Numbered from the stretch's first letter, positions 1 to 14,682 are shown. The stretch: DNA of 64,000 nt from Octopus vulgaris (GCA_951406725.2 OX597815.1:2170001-2234000); one strand, 5' to 3'. Notes: a model not told the origin generated them from the letters alone. Program-made: numbers and translations.

Positions 1-515
1 TTTCCAGTGAATCACAGTTACAGAAAAATATTCAATAGACACTCAATTAAATTATCATAGAGCTGCTGTCATAATATAGAGAGCATCATCACACGCGAAC
101 ACCACTAAGAGCCTACTCCCAGTTGTAACTGTTGAGACCCCAAAACTTGTCCATTCGACAAGAGGTGCATGATTAAATCAGTCATATGTGAGGAGGAAGC
201 TATAGCAACGCTATAAGAAGAGTTACATCAGGTTATGTGAAAGCGACTTAAAAAATCGATAGGCTAAGCACATATGTTCCATCAGGTACAGGGACAAAAG
301 TAAAGCCATTAAGTTGGCAAGCCGTACCACATACAATCCACATACACCACATACAATCAAGTGGAAAATATCCGAAGCATCCATGCCAAATGTTAATAGA
401 TCAAAAAATATCAACTGTTCGTAGCTGGAAGATCGCAAATCTGTTTCAGATCTAACAACGCCACCACACTGCTCGAATTCAGATCTGAAATTTTCAGCAG
501 ATGTAAACATTTGGA
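1..515 (+). pseudogene. Penelope-like element 3' remnant (RT-GIY-YIG linker and GIY-YIG endonuclease), disrupted
   Basis: Manual translation across stops and frameshifts gives FPVNHSYRKIFNRHSIKLS*SC, SCNC*DPKTCPFDKRC, IKWKI and TLLEFRSEIFSRCKH. These match the PLE motifs KIFNRNTxKxSYSC, CNC...CP...C and LLNxRSExxSxCRH. Confidence 0.8.
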
Positions 516-719
516 AATGTCCCTTTTGACGAACTGGAAAATACCACCCTCTCAAAGGAGATATAACTCTAATTCTCACGCCCATTTTCCTTTTATTTTT
601 CCTTATTTTCCTTTACTTTTCATTTTCAGATGTTTTACCCTTCCACCTTCCAAATCTAAATTCTTGCTTTTTCCCGTATTTTCTCGTATTCTTTCATCCT
701 GTTTTAGCCCTGTAAGCAT

Positions 720-801
720 AGCCTGAAGATTGCATGAAAGCACTAAACGTGTTAGAAAATGATGTCTGTGTCGTTTTCATCGCATGAAACTATTAGTAGC
801 T
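720..801 (+). ncRNA. Type I minimal hammerhead ribozyme at the PLE 3' end (pLTR)
   Basis: agc-CTGAAGA(723-729), long stem II (tgc-atgaaa.../...tttcat-c-gca), GAAA(786-789), near-palindromic stem III ACTATTAGT, cleavage triplet GTA(796-798), then gct closing stem I. Lies directly downstream of the PLE remnant. Confidence 0.65.
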
Positions 802-862
802 CATAAAACTATATGTTGTGTTCATTAAACAATACACACACACACACACATTTATATATATA

Positions 863-1246
863 CTAGCAGTATCGCCCGGCGTTGCTCAGGTTTGTAAGGG
901 AAATAACTATAAAGCATTTTTAGAGAGTTATAGCCAAAAAATAGCAAAAAAATGGAAAAAAAATGATGGTAAATTTTTTTTTGAGAGTTAAAAAGGTGGA
1001 GTTGCGTCCCCTAGACGGTCTGTGGTTTGGGTTTCTGATTCTCGACCCCATGTCGAATTTATCGATTTTTTTCAGAACTGGGGGAACTTTTCAAAATTTT
1101 CGCTGCGTTAGTTTTGAATTATGACATTGGGCTATGTGTGTGTCAAGTTTCATCAGAATCGGTTGAAAGCCGTGGTCAGAGTGAGGGTACGAGAAAACAG
1201 ACACACAGAAAACGCACAGACAAACTGCCGTTTATATAGAGAGAGA
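863..1246 (-). mobile_element. Non-autonomous Helitron
   Basis: Minus strand starts A|TCTCTCTCTATATAAACGG and ends CCTGAGCAACGCCGGG hairpin + CGATACTGCTAG|T. No TSD; near-identical to 24278-24662. Confidence 0.85.
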
Positions 1247-1249
1247 TAT

Positions 1250-2525
1250 GGTGTGGGTGCTGGGAAGTGGTCAGTGCCAGTGTGTGCGGTGTGATGTGAT
1301 GTGGTGGAGTGGTTGTGTTGGTGTGTGTGGGATGCGAGCATGGGAATGCAAGAGTCGTGTGTAGGTTGGGGTGAAGGTGTCGGGGTAGGGGTGGGGGTAT
1401 GTGGGAATGGGGTGTGAGTGTGGGCTAGGGTATGTGGGAGTGGAATGTGGGGTGGGTTGCGATGTATAGGGATGGTGGGTTGAATGTGTAGGGGTGGGGT
1501 AACATGGAATGGGTAACGATGGAGGGAGAGGTGGAGATGAAGAGGTGGGTAGGAGTGAAGAGAGGAAGTAGGCGTCAGAGCAAGAGAGAAAAGAGGAGGG
1601 GAGTCAAATGGAGAGGAGAGAGGAGTTGGGCCTATGTGGAGCAAAGGAGCGAAGAAAGAAGATTAATTCCTGTTCACGGCGAAGATGGGAGTCTGGATGT
1701 GCAAGGACAATCCGAACACAGACAGGTGTTGTAAAGAATGTCCGGTAGAGCAGAAATGGCGCGAGACCGGAGTGTCGTTACCAAGTCTGATGTCTCGGAG
1801 GTGTTCCGCAAACCGTTTGACCGATGTATAGAGAAGGACAGAGAGAGCAGGAGATGCAGTAAATGTTTTTGCTAGAAGTGCAGGTGAAGACGTCAGTGAT
1901 ACGATAGGGTTGAAGATGGGTGCCTGTGAAGATGGTGGTGTTGGAGAGATAGGAGCAAGTGCGGCAACGTGGGCGGGAGCTGGGAAACGAGCCGGGCTGG
2001 GAGGTAGGGTTAAGGAAGTAACTGTGTACCAGGATGTCACATAGGTTGTTGGCTCATTTGAAGGAGGGTAGGGGTAGGTTAGGGAAGATGTGCGAAGTTG
2101 AGGGGGCGGAATGGAGTCACCGGAATGTTCGGAGAATGGTGCGCTGGAGAGGTAGAGTGGAGGTGTGGTAGGTGAGGGGAATCGGGAGACGGGTGACGGC
2201 GGGGTGGGTGCGGGAAAGAAAGCAGATGCATGATCCACGGAACGTGCTTTGGTAAGGGCGATGTGGACAGTGGTGAGGGGATATCCACGAAGGATGAAGT
2301 GGCGAGCGATGAGTTGAAACTGAGTCACAAAGTCATGGTTGCCACTGCAGAGGCCTGCGTAGTCGGAGGAATTGGGAGCAGGGGATGGAGAGCTTGGAGT
2401 ATTTAGGGTGAGAGTAGGAGAAGTTGAGGTATGAGTGTGAGTTGGTGTGTTTGTAGTGGAAGGAGGTGGTGAGAGTGGAGGGATGAATGCTGACCGAAAT
2501 GTCAAGAAAGGCGATAGAAGTGTTA
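1250..2525 (-). pseudogene. Penelope-like element fragment (RT C-terminus, GIY-YIG and low-complexity 3' tail)
   Basis: ORF track shows KHTNSHSYLNFSYSHPKYSKLSIPCSQFLRLRR (PLE RT thumb) and RFAEHLRDIRLGNDTPVSRHFCSTGHS (GIY-YIG), with frameshifts. Confidence 0.85.
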
Positions 2526-2611
2526 GAAGTAGTATATATATGGCAGTGCCCCAGCATGGCCACAGCTCGCGAGCTGAAACTAGATAAAATAAAAAAAAAT
2601 ATATATATATA

Positions 2612-2669
<58 letters not shown>

Positions 2670-2670
<1 letters not shown>

Positions 2671-2855
2671 GGGAAGCTTTATGAAAATAGACAAAAGACG
2701 AAGGCAGGTGGAAAACAAACGAACAATTGTATTAGTATGGCGCTCAGGAAATATAAATAAAACAAGTCTTTAACGTTTCGAGCCTACGCTCTTCAACAGA
2801 AAGATACACAGAGAGAAAAACACACAGAAAGAAGGAGAGAAAAAAAATGCGTGCA
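2670..2855 (-). mobile_element. Short hammerhead cassette, family H1 (pLTR-like); ribozyme motif at 2767-2804
   Basis: Minus strand reads tcttt-CTGTTGA-agagc-gtag-gctc-GAAAC-GTT-aaaga. Homologous to copies at 8.1, 16.3, 27.7, 32.2 and 50.8 kb; abuts (TA)n. Confidence 0.7.
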
Positions 2856-3087
2856 GTAATGTGGAAAGCATGAAATGAATGTAAAAAAAGTGGTAATATA
2901 AGAGAAAATAAAAATACAACAAACGGGACAGTTTATGTGAACAAGTTCAAGGTTGAAAGTTCAAGGTGAGAAATGTGTAGACGTCGTGGTATATTTTTTA
3001 AAGATTTCACATCAATGCAAAGTCACTTTGATCCGCGAAAGAGAGGTGCAGCCAATGGTAAGTATCCAAGAGGTATATATATATATA

Positions 3088-3257
3088 GGCGCAGGAGTGG
3101 CTGTGTGGTAAGTAGCTTGCTAACCAACCACATGGTTCTGGGTTCAGTCCCACTGCGTGGCATCTTGGGCAAGTGTCTTCTGCTATAGCCCCGGGCCGAC
3201 CAATGCCTTGTGAGTGGATTTGGTAGACGGAAACTGAAAGAAGCCCGTCGTATATAT

Positions 3258-3297
<40 letters not shown>

Positions 3298-3518
3298 TTG
3301 TGTGTCTGTGTTTGTCCCCCTAGCATTGCTTGACAACCGATGCTGGTGTGTTTACGTCCCCGTCACTTAGCGGTTCGGCAATAGAGACCGATAGAATAAG
3401 TACTGGGCTTACAAAGAATACGTCCCGGGGTCGATTTGCTCGACTAAAAAAAGGCGGTGCTCCAGCATGGCCGCAGTCAAATGACTGAAACAAGTAAAAG
3501 AGAAAAAAGAGAAAAAGA

Positions 3519-3521
<3 letters not shown>
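3088..3521 (+). mobile_element. tRNA-derived SINE, family A, full length
   Basis: Head GGCGCAGGAGTGGCTGTGTGG (A box) and GGTTCAGTCCC (B box), internal (TA)n(TG)n, tail ...GACTGAAACAAGTAAAAGAG; more than 10 copies in the window. Confidence 0.9.
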
Positions 3522-3567
<46 letters not shown>

Positions 3568-3961
3568 TATATATATATGTATGTCTATATATCTCTCTCT
3601 CTCTACTCCTCTCCATATGTGTGTGCGTGTGCGTGCGTACTTAGTAACAGTAAATGGGTGTATTTCGAACGCTCGCTGTTCCTTGCCCGTATGAAACCAG
3701 TGCAATGCCGGCATTTAATGTTTCATTTGACCAGAACAATCCAAACCGTTTTCAACGTAATTTAATTACGCAAATAAATAAAGTTTTATTTTTTGTTTTA
3801 TTTCAATCTTTGTTTAATCACTTTTTTTTGTTTACTTAACAAAATAAACAATTTCTCTGATACACTCAGACGACGCCTGGATACATTTTGGAATTACTCT
3901 TTCATTTCTTGTTATTGTTATTCTTGTAGACACTACTATTACATTCATTGCAACTGCTGTC

Positions 3962-3992
<31 letters not shown>

Positions 3993-4301
3993 CTGTTGCT
4001 GTTTTTGTTGCTATTCTTGTTTTATTTATAGTTTCAAATATTTAAAAAAAATTCTGTTTCATTTTTCTGTTTGAGAAAAAAGATAAAGTGCAGAAATGGG
4101 AAATAAAGAATTTTGATGTACATAACGTTTCCAAGGTTACTAACCGACAAGAAATGGTTTCCACCAGAAAATGGAACCAAACTGCTGCTGCTGCTGCTGG
4201 GCCAACGTGGAAGTCTCGATGTGTTAGAATTTATTTCCAGATTTCTCTCAAATTACACACTACAAGCTTAGAAAGAGATATTTAATAATGTAAATGGTAT
4301 A

Positions 4302-4712
4302 GGCGGCGAGCTGGCAGAATCGTTAGCACGCCGGGCAAAATGCGTAGCCGTATTTCTTCTGCCGTTACGTTCTGAGTTCAAATTCCGCCGAGGTCGGCTT
4401 GGCCTTTCATCCTTTCGGGGTCGACAAATTAAGTACCAGTTACACACTGGGGTCGATATAATCGACTTATCCGTTTGACTGTCCTTGTTTGACCCCTCTG
4501 TGTTTAGCCCCTTGTGGGTAGTAAAGAAATAGGTATTTCGTCTGCCGTTACGTTCAGAGTTCAAACTCTGCCGAGGTCGACTTTGCTTTTCATCCTTTCG
4601 GGGTCGATTAAATAAGTACCAGTTATGCACTGGGGTCGATGTAATCGACTTAAACCCTTTGTCTGTCTTTGTCCACTCTATGTTTATCCCCTGTGGGCAA
4701 TAAAGAAATAAA
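4302..4712 (+). mobile_element. tRNA-derived SINE, family B, with tandemly duplicated body
   Basis: Head GGCGGCGAGCTGGCAGAATCGTTAG, B box GAGTTCAAATTCC; the body unit occurs twice. Confidence 0.85.
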
Positions 4713-5009
4713 TAATGTTAATCTTAAATTCCTCCATCGGCCTGATCAGCACCGCCATGTTGGATATTTTAACAGAATTCGCTCGGGTGGAAATATCGGA
4801 ACCAGGCTTTGAGTCTGAGAATGCTGACACTATGATCTAGGGATGGTTTTTTATTTTTTGAGAATGAGTTCTTTTGCGTGCAAGGTTTTCGAAATTTCAT
4901 GGTTATGATGCTTGGCGCTATCCAAAGTTTGCAGCTCACCAAAAGCCCAAGCCCGCTTAATAAGAAACATAAACTAATGCACACACACACACACACGCAC
5001 TCACACACA

Positions 5010-5082
<73 letters not shown>

Positions 5083-6049
5083 TTACGTATACTTTATACT
5101 TTTAATAAGAATTTGATATTTTTCTTTCTACCAAAAACGTTTTGTACTTTCCCACATGAATTCAAAACATGAAGGATCATCGCTTTTAACGGCTGTTGCT
5201 ATTGGTGTTTAGCTCAAAAGTATTCCTGTCGGTACCATCACATGTGAGGCATGATGCACCTAGGAGTACATTACCTAAATGTAGCCTTGATTGTTATGTA
5301 GCCCCCAGGAGTCCTAATTCATTTAATGCCACGTTGTTGCCTATCCGCAACAGGAATTAAAAATGTTACCCCAAAGCCTATCAATATTTTCTCTCTGGCT
5401 GAGTATACCTTGGAATACATTATTAAATATGTCATTTCATTTCCCAGTGATAGGTTTGTATTCGAAATAAACTTAGTCTTTTTTGTTTTTGGAAACCGAA
5501 TGGCGGGTCGGAGGTTCCTGTTGGTTCGTTATTTGACGAGCAACACCAACTCCAGATATCCACCATTACTTACAGCCAACGCCGTATTCAAAGCTTGGAC
5601 ATTCTAATCAACATTCTCGCATTGATGCCTCCACTACGCCCCATCCGAACTAGATCTTCCGCAATCACACTCCCCCCCCCATACAATCAACCCTCAACCT
5701 CGATGCTAGTTCTCTGCTAATCGTTCATTTTCTCTCTTCGTTCCATTTGCTCTTCATCACTAATACTGGTAACATCAACATTTATTTTCACCACACCGTT
5801 TTTCCTGAGAAGAATTTTACAGTCTAAACAATAAAATACCAGATGATTGTCATGGTTGGATTGTTTAAATCAAAGCCCAATTCCAGTAATAATGGTAAAA
5901 TAGAAAACAAAGAGGAACCAGCAGCATTAATGCCGAATGACTACTTCACAAATGTCAACGATATTCTTAGAAGGAACAAATCAACATTTCCTTGTTTCAT
6001 CTGGCGACTCTGACGAAATTCAGTCCTCACCGGGAAAGAACACAAATAG

Positions 6050-6106
<57 letters not shown>

Positions 6107-6241
6107 ACACATACACACACATACACACACACATAAACACACACTCACACACACACACTCTCTCTCTCTCTCACTCACACACACATACACACACACACTC
6201 TCTCTCACACACACACACACTCTCTCTCACACACACACACA

Positions 6242-6286
<45 letters not shown>

Positions 6287-6389
6287 ACACATACACACAC
6301 ACATAAACACACACTCACACACACACACTCTCTCTCTCTCTCACTCACACACACATACACACACACACTCTCTCTCACACACACACACA

Positions 6390-6432
<43 letters not shown>

Positions 6433-6435
6433 ATA
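6050..6435. repeat. Compound (CA)n/(CT)n microsatellite with a higher-order duplication of about 180 bp
   Basis: The block ACATAAACACACACTCAC...CTCTCTCTC recurs at 6131 and 6301. Confidence 0.9.
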
Positions 6436-6769
6436 TATGTATAAACATAAATGTATATATATGAATATATATGAGAAAATAGTGTGCCTGCTTGTGTGTA
6501 AAAATAAATGCATGCATATATATATATGCAATGTTAACATGAGCGGGTAAACCTTGGGTGACACAGTTGGGTGTCAGGATAGGAACTATGGTTTGACAAA
6601 AACCAGTGGAGTTGAAGAGACCTGAGAGAGCTCCACGGTTGTCCTGGAAGTAGTGGATATGAATCCCAGAGGGCAAAGTGTTGTCTCTGTGGAGAGGACG
6701 AATAGCTTAGAAGATGGGCAGGAGAACATAAAAATCACATCTAGAGTAGGTAAAGTAGAAAATAGTGAC

Positions 6770-7120
6770 GGAAATCCTACAACTATTAGTTGCGATTGTG
6801 CAAGGGTCTGTCCGCTTGGCTCTGATTGTAAACATACAGATATCGTATACAGGTGTAAGATTACCTCAGAGAATAGAGAATATTTCTATATAGGGCCTAC
6901 CTTATGCTAAGCAGAAAATTGCCAATCATTTAAGTTCGTTTAGAAATAGGGACACTTAATGATAGTAACAAAGTATTTTTGGTTTAGTAAAGCAAAACCT
7001 TATAGAAAAGGCGATATAACGATTGTGTGGAGGAAATGTACCAAATTTTCCTTTCTAAATATATACTATTATAAACACCAGACAAGAACAGGCTATGAGA
7101 TGTACACATTGGATTAAATA
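6770..7120 (+). pseudogene. Penelope-like GIY-YIG fragment
   Basis: ORF 6653-6910 ends SCDCARVCPLGSDCKHTDIVYRCKIT...YFYIG; downstream sequence reads KIANHLSSFRNR. Confidence 0.75.
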
Positions 7121-7256
7121 TGCACTTGAACGGTTTAAAGAAACATAAATTACCATCTATAGTAATTATACTAGTTAACATAATGGTTGCGATAGTTAAT
7201 GATACTTTTGCAAATAATACTAAAATAAGTTTAGTAATAATAACAACAATATAAAA

Positions 7257-7672
7257 GGCGCAGGAGTGGCTGTGTTGTTAGTAGCTTGCTTACCAACCAC
7301 ATGGTTCCGGGTTCAGTCCAACTGCGTGGCACCTTGGGCAAGTGTCTTCTACTATAGCCTCGAGCCGACCAAATCCTTGTGAGTGGATTTGGTAGACGGA
7401 AACTGAAAGAAGCCCGTCGTATATATATATATATATATATGCGTATATATATGTGTGTGTGTGTTTGTGTGTCTGTGTTTGTCTCCCCAACATCGCTTGA
7501 CAACCTATGCTGGTGTGCTTACGTCCCCGTTACTTAGCGGTTCGGCAAAAGAGACCGATAGGATAAGTACTAGGCTTACAAAGAATAAGTCCTGGGGTCG
7601 ATTTGCTCGACTAAAAGGCGGTGCTCCAGCATGGCCGCAGTCAAATGACTGAAACAAGTAAAAGATAAAAGA

Positions 7673-7673
<1 letters not shown>
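7257..7673 (+). mobile_element. SINE family A, full length
   Basis: Same head, body and tail as 3088-3521. Confidence 0.9.
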
Positions 7674-7703
<30 letters not shown>

Positions 7704-7705
7704 CT

Positions 7706-8020
7706 GTGAAGGCGCATGGCTCATTGGTTAGAGCGTCGAGCTTACGATCCTGAGGTTGTGAGTTCGAATCCCGGACCGGGCTGCGTGTTGTGTTCATGAA
7801 CAAGGCACTTTATTTCACGTTGCTCCAGTTCACTCAGCTGTAGAAGTGAGTTGCGGTGTCATAGGTGCCAGGCTGTATCGACCTTTGCCCTTCCCTTAGA
7901 TAGGGGGGTGGCGTGCATAGGTGACTAATGGACTTCCATAACCAACCTTGTCCGGACTTGTTCCTGGGAGGGTAACTTTCTAGATGCACTCCCATGGTCA
8001 GTCATGACCGAAGGGGGTCT
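7706..8020 (+). mobile_element. tRNA-derived SINE, family C
   Basis: GTGAAGGCGCATGGCTCATTGGTTAGAGCG head, GAGTTCGAATCCC B box; homologous to 60943-61287. Confidence 0.85.
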
Positions 8021-8049
8021 CAGCATATTTCAACTATATATATATAAAT

Positions 8050-8238
8050 ATATTTGAAATTTATAGACAAACAAAACACGAGGACAGTTGTATGAGCAAC
8101 AAGCAGGTGTATTAGTTTGACGCTCGGGAAAATGAAAAAGTCTTTTACGGTTTGAGCCTATGCTCTTCAACAGAAAGGAATAAGAGAAAATAAACAGAGA
8201 GAGAATGAAGAAAAAACATGTAAATTTAGCGGTCAAGC
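8050..8238 (-). mobile_element. H1 hammerhead cassette (GAAA mutated; motif 8142-8177)
   Basis: Minus strand reads cttt-CTGTTGA-agagcataggctc-AAACC-GTA-aaag; flanked by (TA)n. Confidence 0.65.
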
Positions 8239-8250
8239 ATATATATATAT

Positions 8251-9720
<1,470 letters not shown>

Positions 9721-10421
9721 CACAAACAAAAAGTAAAAAATATATAATGAATGCACAGACGAATGGAAAAACATTAATTGAGTGCAGAAACGGATGGGAA
9801 ACAGACAGAGAAAGTCCCCAATTCTTCATCACTTATCAACCAGTTGGTGTTACTCAGTCTCGCACTGTTAATGATAAGACTGAGCTGCTTCCAATGCCCC
9901 GTGGTGGCTGCGAAATTTGCGGAGAATATTGGACCGAGAACAAACAATAGATAGGTAACAGGTGATACAGAAGTAGACGTACGAAAGAGAAGAATATTAA
10001 TAGAAGACGATGGACGAAGAACAAAGACGAAATGAATAAGAAACGAACAGAATACAGTCTTAAGGCCGAAAGAAGAGGAATGGCGGGTAAGGCTTTAGAG
10101 GGCAATCCTTTAGGATTACAAAGGCAACAAATAGCAGGCCGGGTACCAAGGGGGGACACAGAGAATTTAGGAGAGTCAGCTACGTGACCGGTGTAAAAGA
10201 AGGAGAGAAAGAAAGGCTGTCCATGGGTCACGTGTCATCAGCAGGCAGAGGAGAATGAGGACGAGAGAGAGAGAGAGAGAGAGAAAAGGGAAGGGACAAA
10301 GATGGAAAAAAGGAGACAGAAGAAAGGCGAGAAATAGAAGTAAGTGGGTGAGAGAGAGAGAGAGAGAGAGAAGGCGAGAGACAAAGAGAGAAGAAGAGTA
10401 AAGGCTAGAAATACAAGTCTC

Positions 10422-10452
<31 letters not shown>

Positions 10453-10558
10453 GATAACTTACTGTTAATAAAAACCAGGGTTCGTTGCGTTCCGTTACTC
10501 AATAAGTGAAAAACGGTATTGTAAATTCAAAACGAAAGTAATTTGATAAACAAAGTAA

Positions 10559-10756
10559 ATATTTTTATGAGCTGCTGCCAATAGTTTCATGCGATGAAAA
10601 ACAATTCAGAAAACGTCTTATAACATATCTGCTGCTTTGATGCAATCCTCTGTGGGCAGAACCTCGGGATTGCGTGAAGGCTCCAGACGTGTTATCATAA
10701 AATGCTGTCTCAGTTGTTTTTCACCGCATGAAACAGTTAGTAGCTAATAAAAATAT
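10559..10756. repeat. Head-to-head inverted pair of degenerate pLTR/hammerhead units
   Basis: Both arms are homologous to 727-810 (GATTGC...TTTTCAYCGCATGAAAC...AGCTMATAAAA); the CUGANGA cores are decayed. Confidence 0.7.
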
Positions 10757-10789
10757 ATACTGGGTTTTTTTTTCCTGCCTTTAACCCTC

Positions 10790-11290
10790 CAACGCGGAGT
10801 ATAGGCCACTTATAGTTGAATCCCATGTCGCATAATTTTTCGCTTCTGTACTAATACTCTGCCATGAATGTCCCCCTTTCTCTAGTTCCTTTTGTGTTGA
10901 TCTCCGCCACGAGTTCTTAGGCCTAACTCTCCTTCTATATCCAACCGGTTTCCACTTTAAAGCACTTTTCGCTACATTTGGTGTTTCTTGTCTAATTGTG
11001 CTACCAATCCACTTCCACTTTTTCTTAAATATTTGATCCCTAATCGAAACTTCATTTTATTCTTTGCCATAGCTCCATATTGCTTATGTGTTGGGGCCAT
11101 CTAATTTTAAGTATACTACGCAAGCATCTGTTGATGAATGATTGTATTTGCTTATTTGACTTAACTGTTGTTCGCCATGTCTCAGCCCCATGCAATAAAC
11201 ACCGCTTTTACGTTAGTGTTAAAAATTCTTATCTTGTTCTTTATTGAAATTACACTTGCGCTCCATACTTTTTTAAACAGGTTTTTTTTT
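10790..11290 (-). pseudogene. RTE-clade LINE 3' fragment
   Basis: Minus strand translates IRIFNTNVK, FINRCLRSILKIRWP, KKKWKWIG, ALKWKPVG and RPKNSWRRS. Confidence 0.8.
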
Positions 11291-11909
11291 ACTGTGTTTA
11301 CTAAATAATATCTATCTCTCACAACATGGAGTACTTTTTTGTTGACCTTTGCGTCTATACACGTATAATTCTCCTCTTATACATGTGTAAAGACAAAATA
11401 TGGGCTGTGAATGACGCAGTTGGATGGCAGGATGTGTGCGGTTTTGTGCTGTTTCTCTTCGTCATCGCAGTATATTATGTCGAACAAAGTAGCGTTGACT
11501 GCAGTATATTCTGGCAAACAATATATTTATATATTTATTCACTCTCTTCACACATGACTACTCTCTTCTCATAACATGTTCAACATGTTTGAGTGCACAC
11601 AAGCATGAAAATACCTTTCACATAGGCGCCAGCGTCAGGTGTACAGTCTGCTGTCAGACGTGAATAAAGACACAATATTTGGCCTTTGAAACTGGTGAAG
11701 TGAACCGACGCAATTTGCAAGACCCCCTGTGATCCAATGATGTCGTTCACACCACTTCTAACCTCATTACACGTCATGCCAAACAGGAGAATGACTTCTC
11801 CCAGGATTACCTCCACAGTGAAAAGACTTCTCGCGTCTGAGTGCACTCTAACATGTTGATGTTTACCTTACATGAATATCTTTCTATGTATGTATGTATT
11901 TTTCTTCTC

Positions 11910-12096
11910 CTTTACTTTTTCACTTGTTTCAGTCATTTCACTACGGTCATGCTGGAGCACCACCTTCTAGCCGAACAAATCGACCCCAGGACTTATTCTT
12001 TGTAAGCCTAGTACTTATTCAAGCCGTTTCTTTTTGCCGGACTGCTAGGTTACGGAGACGTAAACATACCAGCATCGGATGGAGACAAACACAGAA

Positions 12097-12189
<93 letters not shown>

Positions 12190-12354
12190 TATATAGGACG
12201 TGCTTCTTTCAGTTTCCGTCCACCAAATCCACTCACAAGGCTTTGGTCGGCCCGAGGCTATAGCAGAGGACACTTGTCCAAGGTGTGTCTTCTACGATAG
12301 ACTGAACCCGGAACCATGTGGTTGGTAAGCAAGCAACTTACTACACAACCACTC
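11910..12354 (-). mobile_element. SINE family A
   Basis: Reverse complement of the family A consensus. Confidence 0.85.
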
Positions 12355-12388
12355 GTATGAATGTATGTATGTACGTGTGTGTGTGTGT

Positions 12389-12422
<34 letters not shown>

Positions 12423-12424
12423 TC

Positions 12425-13212
12425 TTTTCTGTTTTTAGTCATTTAAATTCTTCCTCTAAGGAAGGAGCTGGTTTCTAACAAAGATACAAAGCTCCATTCT
12501 TAGAACTTAGATAACGAAAACGATGTAAAATTTTAGACTTGAGAAAAGTCTTGCAGGGTTTTACCGTTCCACTTCCGGATTGTATCTGTAATTCGCGAGC
12601 TGGTTGATTTCGTTTTCTGAATATCTTCTCGCGCACCAATTATTATTGGTTTAAATGTGAATTTAAAATCTGGAAGTAGAAGTTAGGTATTTCTAAGCAG
12701 ATGTCCAGAGTCATCTTCTTTCTCTTGAATTTTTAAAGAGATATTCACATCAGCAGGACAGCTGGCTGTACATACCATTTCTTGCCCGTCCCAAACAACA
12801 ATGTCCGGCCTGTTATGCCTCCACTTGACAGATGTTTTGATGAGAATGTCCCACTAGTATTCCTTGTATTGATGTCTTAGTATGTATTCGGCAATAGACG
12901 GATTCTCTATATTTTTTCTAGGAGAGTCTTTTTTCCGAATGGCATTTTATACCATGTCGCTTAGGGAGTTATACCTTGATCACATTTTTGGGTGTCTGCT
13001 AATCACGAGTGATGTCTTCCACAGAAATATTACATAATCTACATTTTCGGTTGCATCTTCTAACTCCAAGGGAATCACTGTTTCCTCTGTTGATAACGTA
13101 TTTCGTAGCAATCAGCTGTTCTTGGATTGGATTGCCTTCAGTGTGTGACGTAATGGAGCCGTCACGAGTCCTGGAGAGGTTGTGCTTCATTTTGATGTTA
13201 CTGTCTTCTTCA
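12425..13212 (-). pseudogene. 3' fragment of a LINE with restriction-like endonuclease (R4/Dong-like), between (TATG)n tracts
   Basis: RKCRLCNISVEDIT (zinc knuckle), HNRPDIVVWD, SCPADVNI, PIIIGA and GTVKPCKTFLK. Confidence 0.8.
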
Positions 13213-13547
13213 ATGTATGAATGTATGTATGTATGTATGTATGTATGTATGTATGTATGTATGTATGTATGTATGTATGTATGTATGTATGTATGTATGT
13301 ATGTATGTATGTATGTATGCGTGCATGTATGTATGTGTGTTTTGCATTTGTGTTTGTCTCCTATGTTGCTTAACAACCGATATTGGTTTGTTTGCAAAAG
13401 CGCAACTTAACGGTTCGGCAAGGGACCGAAAAAACAGAAAGAAATGATAAATTGTGAAAGAGGATGAATAAAAAGATGAAGGAAAAAACAGTATTTAAGA
13501 GAGAAATGAAAGGAAAGAAAAAAGTCAAAGCACCCAAGAAAACATAA

Positions 13548-13744
13548 CTCTTTTACTCTTTTACTTGTTTCAGTCATTTGACTGTGGCCATGCTGGAGTA
13601 CCGCCTTTAATTGAGCAACTCGACCCCGGGACTTATTCTGTCTAAGCCTAGTACTTATTCTATAGGTCTCTTTTTTCCGAACCGGGACGTAAACACACTA
13701 GCATCGGTTGTCAAGCGATGTTGGGGGACAAACACAGACACACA

Positions 13745-13824
<80 letters not shown>

Positions 13825-13994
13825 CATATATACGACGGGCTTCTTTCAGTTTCCGTCTACCAAATCCACTCACAAGGCTTTGGTCGACCCGAGGCTATAG
13901 TAGAAGACACTTGCCCAAGGTGCCACGCAGTGGAACTGAACTCGGAACCATGTGGTTGGTAAGCAAGCTACTTACCACACAACACTCCTGCGCC
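13548..13994 (-). mobile_element. SINE family A, full length
   Basis: Ends ...CTCCTGCGCC at 13994 on the plus strand. Confidence 0.9.
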
Positions 13995-14285
13995 TATGGA
14001 CATGAAAAATAATGAAGAAATTGAAAAACTGATGAAGAAAGGAAAAGATGAAGAAAAATGGTCAAATAAGAATGAAGGAACAAAGAATTGTAAGAAAATA
14101 ATTAAAAAAAGAGAAAATTTTAAAAGTGAAAAATTGAAAACTGGGAGACAAAAATGAAAAGCAGCGAGGTAAAAATGGTAGAAGAGAAAATTAAGAGAAT
14201 TGATATTGAAGAGAGAATGATAAAGACTGGAGAAGGAAGTGAAGAAAAGGAATGGAAATAAGGATGGAAGAGAGGAATAAACATA

Positions 14286-14682
14286 GGCGCAGGAGTGACT
14301 GTGTGGTAAGTAGCTTGTTTACCAACCACATGGTTCCGGGTTCAGTCCCACTGCGTGGCATCTTGGGCAAGTGTCTTCTACTATAGCCTCGGGCCGACCA
14401 AAGCCTTGTGAGTGGATTTGGTAGACGGAAACTGAAAGAAGCCCATCGTATATATGTATATATATATATATGCGTGTGTTTGTGTTTGTCCTCCCCAACA
14501 TTGCTTGACAACCTATGCTGGTGTGTTTATGTCCCTGTTACTTAGCGGTTCGGTAAAAGAGACCGATAAAATAAGTACTGGGCTTACAAAAGAATAAGTC
14601 CCGGGGTCAAGTTGCTCGATTAAAGGCGGTGCTCCAGCATGGCCGCAGTGAAATGACTGAAACAAGTAAAAGAGTATAAAAG
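14286..14682 (+). mobile_element. SINE family A, full length
   Basis: GGCGCAGGAG head to AAGTAAAAGAG tail. Confidence 0.9.

Noticed and set aside
11380-11880. Possible LTR remnant (AATAAA then a TGGTG PBS-like word) or RT fragment
   Set aside because: No second LTR, TSD or convincing protein motif.
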